Assembly (NCBI GenBank): GCA_951406725.2 | Contig: OX597833.1 | Location: 61,070,001 to 61,134,000, forward strand | DNA length: 64,000 nucleotides | DNA from: Octopus vulgaris | Taxonomy: Eukaryota | Direction of reading: 5' to 3' | Part shown: positions 47,301 to 59,068 of the stretch, piece by piece | Numbering within the stretch: the first letter of the stretch is position 1 | How the letters are laid out: every line of letters starts with the position of its first letter | Made by a program: the position numbers and the translations under genes | Notes under the pieces: generated by a model | The model's input: the letters and a program-made list of their open reading frames with translations, nothing else | What the model was told of the DNA's origin: nothing | Databases searched by the model: none

Positions 47301-50300
47301 ATATATATTTGTATTTATGTGCCCATCTGATATATTCAACTGATGAAGGCAGAGCTTATTTGAAGCAAAGCTAGAAATCCAGGATCTTGAATTATTCAGT
47401 AATATCTTTTTGCTAGTCTATTTTGTCCCTCTGTCTTATCTCATGATGCAATATGAACATTTAAGGTGGTTTTTAGAGTGAGATTTGACTGCTATTTCGG
47501 CATGGTGGTGTCTCTCAGACACCCTTATTTTTAGTTTTATATATACATACATACAAAGAAATGGGATGGTTATGGCCGGAATGCCTTTGATCAGAAAAAC
47601 ATCAAAGAATGACACATTAGATAATTCAGTGTAAATATAAGACAAGATAGTCACAGCAGAGACATCCTTGATCTTAGGTGTTCTGGGTGAGAATGGACTT
47701 GGTTTTAAACAGAAACAAGGAAACACATATTAGATAATTATGATACCAGATACATTTAGTCTGAATAAACAATCTAGAGTCAGCTAAATCAAAACTGAGC
47801 AGCTGCTAAACAACAGCAACAGTTAATTTCGAAATACTCACCCATCTAACACAGGTCGGCCATCTTTGTGAAAGAAAATTGGGTTAATGGAGAACACGTG
47901 GACTGTATTAATGGAGTTGAGAGGTGGTGCGTTGTAACCAGAGAAGCAGACTACCACGGACATGGAGTGGAAGAACATATCTTGACAATGTAACTCATGG
48001 CAGTATTGACTTTTAACACAGTGCTTCCATTTACCAGAATTTGACTCAGCACTACCAAGACAAAGTCTCCAAGTAATTCCTGCTTTTCTAAAGAACAAAC
48101 AGAAGAAACTTATTAGCATAATATATGTAAGGAACATAAGATAATAATATACAATGATATATTAACATAATATATGTTATGAACATTAAAAAATAACATG
48201 GCTAATTTGTTGAAGAACGTGGTCTAAAATATGTCCTATCTTGAAAAGTTAGGACCACATTGGATAATGTAGTCTTAGATACACTATGAATAAAGATGAA
48301 ATGGTCACAATTGAAACAGTGAAAGCATGCAATAAAACCACTCTGAGAGTGTAGTGGATGCTTTTACATGCCACTGGCATGAGGGCCAGTCAGGTGGTAC
48401 TTGGCAACGGCCACACTCAAATGGTGCTTTTTACATGCCACCTGCACAGAAGCCACTCCAGCGGCACTGGCAACATATATCTATACCTGTTCATCATCAT
48501 CGTTTAGCGTCCGCTTTCCATGCTAGCATGGGTTGGACGGTTCAACTGGGGTCTGGGAAGCCAGGAGGCTGCACCAGGCTCCAGTCTGATCTGGCAATGT
48601 TTCTACGGCTGGCTGCCCTTCCTAACGCCAACCACTCCATGAGTGTAGTGGGTGCTTTTTACGTGCCACCGGCACAGGTGCCAGACAAGGCTGGCAAACG
48701 GCCACAATTGGATGGTGCTTTTTACGTGCCACCAGCACGGGGGCCAGGCGAGGCTGGCAATGGCCATGAACAGATGGTGCTTTTTACGTGCTACCAGCAT
48801 AAGGCCAGTTGAGGCGGCGCTGGCAACAGCCTCATTCGGATGGTTCTCTTATGTGCCACTGGCACTGGTATCACAGCTGCAATTTCCATTGATGTTCATC
48901 GATTTCGATTCTCACTTGCCTCAACAGGTCTTCACAAGTAGAGTTTTGTGTCCCCAGAAGGAAAGGTATGCATAAGTGGACTGGCACATCCCAGGTTACA
49001 CACATACATACATACTTTGTGTGCACATGCGCATATTAACTTTTTTATTTAATTTTAATCTGAGAGGCAAACTAGTTTATCTTCAGCTGGTCAAAACAAA
49101 CTCCTTAAGAAACAACATCAGAACAATAACCACAACCACAATATGAACTTACCTAATGGCAGCTTCTGTATTTTTGACCAAGCCTGTATATAAATGAACT
49201 TTCCTTAGGAGAGAGAGGACTTTGTGATTTCGAAGATCTACAGTTCTGGCAATAAAAGGAAAAAAAAAAGGAAATTAATTTGGTTCATCTCTCCATTTAT
49301 ATTTGAAAAATTTGTAAATTGGAACATTTGCAGTTTGGGGATTATTATAATCATTAAGGCAACAAGCAGGCAGAATCGTTAGCATGCCAGGCAAAATGCT
49401 TAACGGTATTTTGCCTGCCACTACGTTCTGATTTCAAATTCCACCAGGGTCAACTTTGCTTGTCATCTTTTTGGGTTCGATTAAATAAGTACCATTTACG
49501 CACTGGGGTCGATATAATCGACTTAATCCGTTTGGCTGTACTTGTTTGTCCCCTCTGTGTTTAGCCCCCTGTGGGTAGTAAAGAAATAGAACACAATTCT
49601 CCGCCTGGTCTGAGAATGGAAACCATGATCTTGTAATCATGAGCGCTACATCCTAACCACTAGGCCACATGATGATTCTACAAAGGACTGCAGAATCTTC
49701 ACCAAATTCCTTAAAACAATTTCATCTCAACATTGCAAGCAAATCAAATAATTTCCTACAAGAAGCACTCATGGAAATTCTATAGTTTTTTCTTGATAAT
49801 TGTAGTAGAAGACACCTGCCCAAGATGCAATACAGGGAAGCTTGACCCAAGATTAAATGGTGAGGAAGGAAACTTAGGAACATTAAGCATGTTTTTTTTT
49901 TTCCCCCATCTAATTCCTTTGTTATTTTTCCCTTTTCAAAATAACCCATGTAATGAAGTATCTGCATACATCTATTGATTGATTGGTAGATAGATAGGTA
50001 AGCAGGTAGGTAGATAAACAGGTAGGCAGGTGGGTAGGTAGATAAACAGATAGACATCCAGTAAACATTGCAGTAAAAAGAAACTACATTCCCTTATGGA
50101 AAACCATTTTCTCTAATTACTAAAACTCGTTAATTTTCAATGATACAGGTAAACAAGTAACGTAATATTCATCTTAACAAGTAAAACCAACTCAGAGAAT
50201 ATACGACAATAACAGCTTTATATAATGAATAATTAAAGAAGAGCACTTAACGATATGGAGTGCTTTAGAGTGTCTACAAACCATTTCTCTAAGTATTGTT

Positions 50301-52195
50301 TATATATGTTAATATATATATACACTTACATATATATGTATACATATATATAGACATACATACATAATGCATACATATATAAACATACATATATATGCAA
50401 ACATATATATTTATATATACACATGCATATTTATACACATATATACATACACATACATACATATATACACACATATATATACACCCATACATATATATAT
50501 ACATACACACATACATATATACACACACACACATATATACACAGACACACACACAAACATATACATATTACATGTGTGTGTGTGTGTGTGTGTGCTTGGG
50601 AAGACTTGTCAATCCAAGTGAAATTGTAGTGGTGGCCACTGCCAGTGACATGTAAAAGGCACCCACTACACTCTCGGTGTGATTGGTGTTAGGAAGGGCA
50701 TCCAGCCATAGAAACAAGCCAAATTCAAACTGGAACCTCGTGCAGCCCTCTGGTTTGCCAGTTCCAGTCAAACAATCTAACCCATGGCCACATTGAAAAC
50801 GGATGTTAAATGATGATGATGAGGATATATTCTGTTCGTCTCTTTTCCTGAACTGTTAGATAATACAGATGTAAACAAACCAACACTGGTTATCAATTGG
50901 TGGTGGGTGACAGACACAAGACACACACAGATATGTTTTCATCATCATCAACATCATTTAACATCTACGTTCCATGCTGGTGTAGGATGGACAGTTTAAT
51001 AGGATCCAATGTTTAATAGGATCCATTGTTTAATAGGATCCATTGTATCCATTGCATGAAGTTCCATTGTCAGCTTCAATGTATTGGATGCTTTTTTTGT
51101 GCCACCTGCATTATGTATATTATCAGCAGCAGCATCCATTTTCCAAGCATAGAGAATCCCCCAAAGGTCTCGATAATGTATATATAAATATATAAATACC
51201 CTATATACCAGAGCTCTTCTTTCAGTTCTATCAACCAAATTCACACACAGGATATCCATTGGCCAGTGGGGTCCCTAGCAGAAGACACATGCCCACAGTG
51301 CCGCACAGTGGGATTGAACCCGAAACCACATGGTTGCAAAGCAAGCTTCTTAACCACACAGCCATGGCGGCACCTGTATGTTTACATAGTTTGATTTGAA
51401 ATTGTTTAGTTAGACACCAAGGTCAGTGTTTCCATATGTCTGGACAATTAATGGGTCTGCTTTGAGCGTTGGTCGACTTCATCAGAGCTTAACCTAAGGG
51501 AAGGGGATGGGGGACGAAAGAGCAACACAAACGACAATGGATGGAAATAATAGATTCGATCAATAATGTTCCACTCACTTGCTAATGCATAGTTTTTTCC
51601 AGTAACCTTGTTCTTGGCATGATTGAGTTTCCTTTTTATCCAACAGTCCAACATATTTATGGTAAATATCTTGCCAAAGCAAGCTAATTAATGAAAACAA
51701 AGAAATATCATTAGTTTCTGAAAGTCTTATATGTATGAAACAAATAAAATAAATTTTTAAAAAAAAAGGTAAATTTGTTTAAATATTTATTGTTAATTAC
51801 CTGAGAATAAAATATGATGACATTCCAGATATTTTCTGCACATTTTATAAATTAAAGAAAATATGATTGAGCAGAATTGGTAAAATATTTTTAAAAAAAG
51901 CCTCTTATGTATAGATTTGTTATCTTTTTACCGTTTACATGTTTCAGTCATTAAACTGTGGCCATGCTGGGGCACTACCTTGAAAGACTTTTAGTCAAAT
52001 GAATGAACACCAGTATGTTGTGGTGCACTTGAGCACTGTATACAATAATTTCATTATTATTATTATTAATTTAAGTCTGGTAGTTGTTCTATCAGTCTCT
52101 TTTGCTGAACTGCTAAGTTATGAGGGTGTAAACACACCAACAATGGTTGTCAAGCCATGGTGAGGTACATATACTGACAGGAAGACACACATTCG

Positions 52196-52231
<36 letters not shown>

Positions 52232-55200
52232 ATATCTATCATTTAACGTCCGCTTTCCATGCTAGCATGGGTTGGACTATATATATATATATATGACAGG
52301 TTTTATTCAATTTCAATCTGCCAAATCCACTCACAAGGCTTTAGCCAACCCAAGGCTATAGTAGGAGACACTTGCCCAAGATGCCATGCAGCGGAACTGA
52401 ACCCTGAAACAATGTGGTTGGGAAGCAAATTTCTTATCACAGAGCCATGCCTGACTACATATACATATATATATATATTCATAATTTAGGTTTGTTGAAA
52501 TATGTTTGTCACATATTTCAACAGCTACAGGCAGTTACCGTGGAGTAAAAATCTCTGAGAGATTTTTCCTCCATGGCAACTGCAGTGTATTTGCCTTTAG
52601 CAGTTGAAATATGTGACAAACATAGTTCAACTAACCTAAATTGTGATTATACGTATACACTGCTTAGCGCCAATACTCTCATATATATCTATATGTGGGT
52701 CTCAAATCCACTACTCCTCCTCTATTATCTGATGAGATGGGTTTGTCCTATGCATTCAAAAAACTTCAAGTCATATGGAGCTGAGTTATTAAAAAATATA
52801 TCTAACTCCTGCCAAATGTGTTGAATGCCACTTTCATTTGTCCACTCATGTGTATGTGTGCACACACACACATATATCATCATCATCATCATCGTTTAAC
52901 ATCCGCTTTCCATGCTAGCATGGGTTGGGCGGTTCGACTGGGGTCTGGGAAGCCAGAAGGCTGCACCAGGCTCCGGTCTTATCTGGCAAAGTTTCTACAG
53001 CTGGATGCCCTTCCTAACACCAACCACTCCATGAGTGTAGTGGGTGCTTTTTACGTGCCACCAGCACAGGTGCCAGGGGAGGCTGGCAACAACCACGATC
53101 GGTTGGTGCTTTTTACATGCCACTGGCACGGAAGCCAGTCAAGGCAGCGCTGGCATCGGCCACATTCGGATGATGCTTTTTACGTGCCACCAGCACAGGT
53201 ATCACAATTACAATTTCCATTTGATTTTTATTTGATGTTGATGTACTTGACTCAATAAGTCTCCTCAAGCACAGCAGGCTGTCCTCCGACCCATATATAT
53301 ATATATAATGTTTGTTCATCTATCTTTGTTGACAATGACCAAAGACATTACATACACATACACACATCATCATCATCATTTAGCGTTCGCTTTCCATGCT
53401 AGCATGGGTTGGACGGTTCAACTGGGGTCTGTGAAGCCAGAAGGCTGCATCAGGCCCAGTCAGATCTGGCAGTGTTTCTACGGCTGGATGCCCTTTCTAA
53501 CGCCAACCACTCCGTGAGTGTAGTGGGTGTTTTTTACGTGCCACCTGCACAGGTGCCAGACAGAGCTGGCAATGTACATTATATATACATATCAAAAATT
53601 TATATTTCCCATCCTCTCAATTACACTCATCTTGATCATTTTCCCCCTTTGCTACACAGCTTCTGTATTTGTAACTCATATCACATCTGAAACTGGTATT
53701 ACAGAGCCTACCTTTTGTCAAGAAAAAGAAGCCTTTTTGTTTCCCAAAACAAGACAGTCACAGTCTCATTAAACAGTGCTAATTATGTAACCTAAATAAC
53801 TGTTAACAAATCATCTGAGAAGTTCACAACCATCAGCCCAAGGCTGGTTGTGGTTGATAATGGTTTCAGTGCAGATTATCTGAAAATATATAATTTGCTA
53901 TTAGTTTACTAGAAATCACACTGAATTATTTGTAGGCCCAGTTTGTATTGGTTACATAACATTGAGTCTCTGCCAACTCTTTTTCTAGTAGGATGTTTCT
54001 TAGATGCGAGTTCCTGATTCCTGGGTCATTGCCAAATTAACCTTTTGTCTCACGTTGAATATATTCAGGCACAAGTATAGAGTTAATTATATAGTCATTT
54101 CTAATACATGTATAACACAATTATTTTATATCTCATTATTGACATTAATAAAACTACTAATCCTAAACATAAATGTAACACTTCCTTGTAAAGTAGAAAA
54201 AAAAAAAAATAATGGAAGATACCTACAAATAACAGATTTAAAAAGTCTATCTAGATTGTCTTATAGTCTAAAAATTGTTGGTTGACTGATATTATTGAAG
54301 TTCCCTTCCTGGTCTATACACCCCAGACAGAGAGTTTTTGTCTACTAACCACAAAGATAATCTCAGTTAATCCCAATTTTTCATCTCACTCTATTACAGG
54401 AGACAGTGAGGTAGCATAATTAACATGCTAAATTTTTACCTATTGATGTAATTATATTATACCTGATAATGGTTAATAAAATAAAATGAGATCTCACCAG
54501 GCACAGGGAAGTCACTAACTTGCAATGTATAAAATAAATTTACAACTTTTGTCTTCATTAATTTTTTTATCCTTTCACTATTAAAAGTTTATGCAATCCA
54601 TTTTGAGAATAAAATCAAAAAATTAGCATTCATGTTAAGTTAGTTTAGTCATGAGACCTCATTCACCACTTAGGTGAGCACTAGGTATAACTATTACTTA
54701 AAAGGAGAGTTCTATAAAAAAATGTTTAAGAACTACTGCTCTGCTTCATATGTGTGACCCTACCGTGTAATTTTTTTTTTTTGTAGGCAGAACACTTTCC
54801 AAATGAATTTTCCTAAGAAAATGCAGTGGAAATTTGACAAGACAGTCAGTCGCCCGCTGACACTCATTGACGCTACATCGAAGAGGCCAGGGAACAGAAG
54901 AAAGAAGACATGCACCCAACACCAGAGCTGAAGACACCTCCGAAAGGTGGGGCCCTGCCACGTCAAAACGGTAGAAGAGTAGGGGCTGAAACCGGATGTG
55001 GTTCCTCTTGATGATGTCTTGAGCTAACTGGATCCTATAAAGGAGCTGTTGTGGTAGCAGACCATGAAACACGGTTGTAATTCCTATGTCTCAATAAAAT
55101 ATTGGACTGGCATGGCTGGAACACCTTTGATCATTCTGTAGTTACTACAGGTGTACATGTATAGAGTAGACATACCTGTACAGTGTAGCTGTACCTCTAC

Positions 55201-58200
55201 AGTGGTGTCACTGTAAATGTACTCGCACAGTACAGACCCATAGTATTACTGTTGACATACTTGTACATTGTTACTACAGGTGAACCTGAATGGTGTAAAC
55301 ATACCTGTACAGTGTTGACTGCAAGCGCACCTGTACAGTGTTACTGCAAACATAATAACTGTATAGTGTAGATGCACCCGTATAGTATAGACATACCTTT
55401 ACCCTGCTACTGTTCAGGTAACACTGTACAGGTACATCTACAATACATGTACCTGTATAGTATTTCTGTACCTTTACTACTCGTTGACATTTCCTGTCAT
55501 GGAGTCCTCTACTAGCAGTGTGCTTTTGAAGATAGTAGAATGACAAAAATCCATTACTTGAAAAATCAGGTAAGGATTAGTGACAGGAAGTGTATATGGG
55601 TATAAAAAGAACAATGCCTCAATAATATATTCATCAAACCAATGCTGGGTTGGAAAAATGGACATAAAACAAATATGTGTGTGTGTGTGAATTAATTAAA
55701 ATTTTAATGAATAGTTGACTTACTTATCAGTGGCAATTATACACCAATGTTTATTAACAAGTGAGCACGTCAACAGGTCAAGGATTGGTAAATATTTGAA
55801 GATTTTAAATAGAATTTCGTCTGGAAAACTGAAAAATAAAAAAATAAAAATCAGAACTGAATGAAATCTACCTGAAAAGTGAATGGTGTCTGTATGAGAA
55901 TCTGGTCTTGTTTTATAAGTATCTACGTAAGAGTTGCTGAAGTATGGAACAAACTGCCGGCATCAGTTGTTAGTTGTCGGAGCACTGCATCCTTCAAAAC
56001 TTCCATGCTTTCTGAGATTCGCCAACACTACACCTGATTTTCTCCCCTCCATACACACACAAGCATGTATCTGACTCATACACTGTTCACTTCCCAGACA
56101 TTTGTACATTACTGCATATGCTTTACACGCACTTTTGACAAGTTGTGGTGCACCTGAGCACTGTATACAATAATTTCCCCACTACACTCACGGAGTGGTT
56201 GGCGTTAGCAAGGGCATCCAGCCGTAGAAACATTGCCAGATCAGACTGGGCCTGGTGCAGCCTTCTAGCTTCCCAGACCCCAGTTGAACTGTCCAACCCA
56301 TGCCAACATGGAAAGCGGATGTTAAACGATGAAGATGATGATTATTATTATTATTATTATTATACCTGAAAGCCATGCGACTTACAACAATCTAAAGTCC
56401 TACAATATTTCATAATCACAAAGAAACATGTTGATTCTTTATTTAGACACCAGGGCAAATATTACAGTCATATACAGGAGGCCATTTAAATTGGCCCCTA
56501 GTATATGACAGCTACTTACTTCATCAACTCAGGGATGATAACAGACCAAAAAATATCAACCCTGCTGAGATCTAAAACCATAATACAGAGCATCACAAAT
56601 AAAACCTGGAAATCAATTTATTGGACACTCAGGTTTGTCTATTTCTCTGTTAATGTTGACAAGAATTGAAAGAGAAGAATTTTCTTCCATAACAAAGACC
56701 ATTCCAACAGCATGGAAATTCAACAGATATTTTTCTATATTTCCACCTCATTTCACATTAAATGTGAAATGAGGTGGAAATATAGAAAAATATTTGTATT
56801 AAAAATTGTTAATATATTTTGTATATTATAGAAGTATAACTGATTTATTGCACATGGTTTTTAACAACTATGTCTTCTATGGAGCCCCAAGGGTCATACA
56901 GACCCCAGTTGAGAACCACTGGTCAAGTAGGTCATTACTCTTTGACATGAATCTGATCCTACCAGCCAGGAAAGACATTTCATCTGGCAGCAAGGATGAG
57001 ACAAGGAGGACCTTGGGATTGCGGATGGTAGTAAATACAACATCAATACCATCACTGCTCATGGCTTTCCAGATGGGTTTACCCTGGCAATGTTGAAAAG
57101 GGAAACTAAAACGATGATGACACCCTAGCTATGCTTAAAGCTGACTTATTGAAGAGTACCCTCTCAGAAAAATCAACAGTACAACATTTCAGACACAGCT
57201 GTGCAGAACTGGCAATCATTTCATCACTAGTTCTCAAGGGCATTCATCTTGTTATCTCTAAGAAACTACAAGCTGATGTCATTGTTCTTGTCCACAAAGG
57301 GCATCAGGGACTAACCAAAACAAAACAATATATGCCACACCACTCTTATGATCATCTTTGTGTTTGTTTTCCATGCTGGTATGGGTTGAACATTTTGACA
57401 TGATCCAACAGGTTAGAGGAACATGTCTTGCTCCAGTGTCTTGGTTTTAACATGATCTTTAAGGCTGGATGCCCTTCCTAACTGCAACCAATTTAAAGAT
57501 TGTACTGGGTGCTTTTTTTTTCATGGCACCAGCACTAAAAAGCTGCCTTGTAGCATATAAGACCAAAAAGATATTTCATCTGAGAAGGTGGATAACAGAC
57601 AGGGTGGTTGGTTCATATGAGATGTTGAGAGGTTGAGTTACGATGGGAAGAGCAGGAACATGGTTATTGTTGTTGAAGAAACTCATGGCTCATGGCTCGC
57701 ACATGGCCTAGGGGTTAGAGCAGTGGATTCGCGGTCGAGGGATCACGGGTTCAAATCTCAGACTGGGTGATGTGTGTGTTTATGAGCGAAACACTTAAGC
57801 TCCACGCGGCTCTGGCAGAAGGTAATGGCGGGACTTCTGCTGACTCTTTTGCCACAACTTTCTCTCACTCTTCCCTCCTGCATCTTGCAGCTCACCTGTG
57901 ACAGACCGGCGTTCCGTCCAGGTAGAGAACCTATATGCCAAGGAAACCGGGACACCGATCCTTATGAGCCAGGCGTGGATCGAGAAGGAACAAACAACAA
58001 AACCCATGGCTACTTTGTATTTTATATCTACGTGGGTGAAGGTGGCTGGGGTTGTGCCAGAAAGAGAGGTAAATATAGTAGTGATGAGGTACCCGTGTGC
58101 ACCCTTAATGTAACATGTAGAAGAACATGAATAAAAGAGAGTATAGAGACAGAAGAAATCAGGAAGAATGAGTGGGATGGAGTGAAAGAGAAAGATAGAA

Positions 58201-58583
58201 ACATAGGGTAGAGGTTATCAAATGTATACTGGGCAAGGGGCGGGGATGAACGTAGTGACTGGTGAATAGTGGTGGTGGTGGTGGTGGTTAATGGTGAACA
58301 ATGATAAGAATGAAGGATGTCATTTAGGAGTGGTGTGTGTGGGTGTGTATGTGGGTGTGTATAAACAGAAAACTCTAAATTTGACATTCAAACTATCAAG
58401 GAAATATATAAATTAAGGTCACCTGAATATGTGAAATAAGACAAGACTTACGTTTCGATAGATGTTTGTCGATATTTACATTTGGAACGGGATTTTCCTG
58501 GACACACGGAATCTGATAATTGAGTGTTTGTTACTGTACTGCTACCACTTAGTGCAGTCTTGGAGTTATTAGTCACCTTGGGT
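32349..58583 (-). CDS. FBXO15: F-box only protein 15-like, 14 coding exons; start exon not located
   Basis: 14 GT-AG exons join in frame (1456 nt). F-box SIETFPDEILFKIFKYL..LV.K.W..IATDNLLW, then GYWKK, YTGL, ELSFIVACFHFHKLVQR, GLHHYQL, LSWKTD and C-terminal VNQWFGTSY, colinear with my recollection of vertebrate FBXO15. Confidence 0.88.
33804..33889 (-). CDS. FBXO15: FBXO15-like exon
   Basis: PSFDLDTGCTRYISYKDDRGQLYMEMNK. Confidence 0.88.
34140..34533. mobile_element. Foldback element: inverted HHR-bearing (Penelope pLTR-like) arms around a tRNA-like head
   Basis: Arms about 34140-34297 and 34373-34533; CUGAAGA..GAAACG motif in each; A/B boxes at 34298-34352. Confidence 0.65.
35047..35300 (+). 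mobile_element. tRNA-derived SINE family E
   Basis: gtggaggcacgtggcttagtggtt..tgtgttcttgagcaaaacactt..ctccagtccactcagctg; related copies about 30357-30680 (+), 28613-28880 (+), 27985-28245 (-). Confidence 0.8.
35797..36098 (+). mobile_element. tRNA-derived SINE family D, full length with 14-bp TSD
   Basis: A/B boxes; TSD aagctacatgagct at 35783-35796 and 36099-36112; second copy about 57697-58000. Confidence 0.9.
36272..36309 (-). CDS. FBXO15: FBXO15-like 38-nt exon
   Basis: ttatag|(S)TPVRYQEKKTND|gtgagt; required to bridge phase 2 to phase 1. Confidence 0.85.
36406..36661 (-). mobile_element. 5'-truncated Helitron-like element related to 22081-22383
   Basis: Shared internal sequence; terminal palindrome ctagcactatgacc..ggtcatagtgctag. 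Confidence 0.7.
36713..36889. repeat. Palindrome of two degenerate HHR-like motifs
   Basis: Centre at 36801/36802; right arm CUGU-CCGUCGA-ACG(GGAA)CGU-GAA-ACUC(U)GAGU-A^-ACAG. Confidence 0.6.
36907..37123. mobile_element. Tc1/mariner-type MITE
   Basis: TIR cgagggggtgctgaaaagttcctgg / ccaggaacttttgagcacccccttg, TA on the right flank. Confidence 0.8.
37474..37535 (-). CDS. FBXO15: FBXO15-like exon
   Basis: DVCLLHITVLEEREEIFWSV. Confidence 0.88.
37644..37864. mobile_element. piggyBac-type MITE family 1
   Basis: TTAA flanks; cctttcgttacc / ggtaacgaaagg TIR. Confidence 0.85.
39743..40162. mobile_element. MITE with 8-bp TSD and GG termini (Merlin-like), internal CCCTAA repeats
   Basis: TIR ggatcttttcggtttgaacggcagttttt / aaaaactgctgttcaaaccgaaaaaatcc; TSD ttataaat on both sides. 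Confidence 0.75.
40370..40773 (+). mobile_element. tRNA-derived SINE family B with internal (TA)n(TG)n (representative copy)
   Basis: gtggctgtgtggtaag..gggttcagtccc..cttgggcaagtgtc; tail gactgaaacaagtaaaagag. Other copies (approx.): + 32860-33158, 41343-41740; - 2090-2250, 4000-4350, 7505-7760, 51220-51375, 52295-52450, 59285-59840. Confidence 0.9.
40898..41013 (-). CDS. FBXO15: FBXO15-like exon
   Basis: EGHAHFIVIKP...LNLSWKTDSLKGVVQ. Confidence 0.9.
41934..42032 (-). CDS. FBXO15: FBXO15-like exon
   Basis: GLHHYQLTLELSGMQTSYYLQHF. Confidence 0.88.
42260..42690 (+). mobile_element. Penelope-like element 3' relic
   Basis: Decayed FII..PLVNTVIE*AYRCKHW*K resembling the PLE C-terminal LN..E....CRH motif, followed by an AT-rich UTR and an HHR. 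Confidence 0.5.
42562..42647 (+). ncRNA. Type-I hammerhead ribozyme with long stem II
   Basis: ACUUUC-CUGAAGA-stem II(42575-42629)-GAAA-CAUGUG-UC^-GAAAGU. Confidence 0.75.
43401..43456 (-). CDS. FBXO15: FBXO15-like exon
   Basis: PYIPSFPNVLEDDIDPTF. Confidence 0.88.
43761..43990. mobile_element. hAT-type MITE remnant
   Basis: Starts cagtggttctc(c)acc; related end in reverse at about 56880-56921 (gttgagaaccactg). Confidence 0.5.
44160..44315. repeat. 156-bp sequence identical to 46058-46213
   Basis: Base-by-base reading; offset 1898 bp. Confidence 0.92.
44601..44683 (-). CDS. FBXO15: FBXO15-like exon
   Basis: EGGELSFIVACFHFHKLVQRCLLGTSS. Confidence 0.9.
44825..45271. mobile_element. piggyBac-type MITE family 2, two tandem copies sharing one TTAA
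   Basis: ttaa|ccctttt agcatt...aatgctaaaaga|ttaa|...ggg|ttaa; other copies 58850-59068, about 60660-60880 (reverse), partial about 14797. Confidence 0.8.
46058..46213. repeat. 156-bp sequence identical to 44160-44315
   Basis: Base-by-base reading. Confidence 0.92.
46224..46447. mobile_element. piggyBac-type MITE family 1
   Basis: TTAA flanks; same internal sequence as 11368-11589. Confidence 0.8.
46662..46806 (-). CDS. FBXO15: FBXO15-like exon
   Basis: IIGSDNIVTLHHIPLQGLLFATWK; |gtaagt. Confidence 0.9.
47842..48087 (-). CDS. FBXO15: FBXO15-like exon
   Basis: KAGITWRLCL...PIFFHKDGRPVLD; |gtgagt. Confidence 0.88.
49153..49245 (-). CDS. FBXO15: FBXO15-like exon
   Basis: LLRKVHLYTGLVKNTEAAI; |gtaagt. 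Confidence 0.9.
   Translation of the reverse strand, partial: NCRSSKSQSPLSPKESSFIYRLGQKYRSCH
50300..50593. repeat. Compound (TA/CA/TG)n microsatellite
   Basis: Direct reading; source of spurious HTYI/CV ORFs. Confidence 0.95.
51579..51683 (-). CDS. FBXO15: FBXO15-like exon
   Basis: NLLWQDIYHKY...GYWKKLCIS; |gtgagt. Confidence 0.9.
52483..52642. repeat. Long imperfect inverted repeat
   Basis: aatttaggtttgttgaaatatgtttgtcacatatttcaac / gttgaaatatgtgacaaacatagttcaactaacctaaatt plus inner stem. Confidence 0.85.
52880..53225 (-). mobile_element. SINE family C with (GAT)n tail and internal ~55-nt subrepeats (representative copy)
   Basis: ggttggcgttaggaagggcatccagctgtagaaa (Meta-domain-like) ... 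catggaaagcggacgttaaacgatgatgat. Other copies (approx.): - 16050, 26480, 38520, 42745, 48490, 53370, 60375; + 23875, 29215-29560, 33400-33598, 50640, 56178. Confidence 0.88.
55135..55480. repeat. Degenerate minisatellite (actgtacaggtacat-like)
   Basis: Recurrent tacctgtacagt / actacagg units. Confidence 0.6.
55724..55828 (-). CDS. FBXO15: FBXO15-like exon, F-box core
   Basis: FPDEILFKIFKYLPILDLLTCSLVNKHWCIIATD. Confidence 0.92.
57131..57330 (+). pseudogene. Ty3/Gypsy integrase zinc-binding region relic
   Basis: LVLKGIHLVISKKLQADVIVLVHKGHQGLTKTKQ resembles RIVIP..L...L.LAHEGHQG..KTK. Confidence 0.65.
58452..58583 (-). CDS. FBXO15: FBXO15-like exon (PKVTNN...TSIE)
   Basis: ctgcag| ... |gtaagt; phase 2 to 2. 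Confidence 0.8.
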
Positions 58584-58849
58584 CTGCAGAATAGAATAAA
58601 ATAGATAATCGTTAAAAATAAATGTGAATGATGTATTATTATAGACAACAGAAATAACACCTTAATTAAATAAAAAAGAAGGTGGTGAGCTGGCAGAAAC
58701 GTTAGCACGCTGGGCAAAATGCTTAGAGGTATTTCATCTGTCTTTATGTTCTGAGTTCAAATTCCGCCGAGGTCAACTTTGCCTTTCATCCTTTTGGGGT
58801 CAATATATTAAGTACCAGTTATGCACTGGGGTCGATGTAATTGACTTAA

Positions 58850-59068
58850 CCCTCTAGTGTTTAAACCAGCCATACCAGGCCAAAATTGTCTTCCTGTTAC
58901 ATGCTCAAACCAGCCAGCTCTGACCTCTCACACTTATTCTACAAAGTCATTCTAAAAATAAACAGGACATCATCAAAATCTCAGAGTTACAAGATGCTGT
59001 ACAATTAATTTAAAACAATGTGATTAAACAGGCTTTACATCTGACAGAGTAATCTGAATGCTAAAGGG
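58850..59068. mobile_element. piggyBac-type MITE family 2 nested in a SINE A copy
   Basis: Duplicates the TTAA of the SINE motif gacttaatc. Confidence 0.85.

Noticed and set aside
47339-47370. CTGATGA hammerhead core
   Set aside because: No stem II/GAAA or stem I pairing follows; likewise for the minus-strand CTGATGA near 51479-51485 and the one at 46797 inside an exon.
51801-51835. 35-nt cassette/poison exon in FBXO15
   Set aside because: Donor is plausible but the acceptor has no polypyrimidine tract, and the flanking exons already join in frame.
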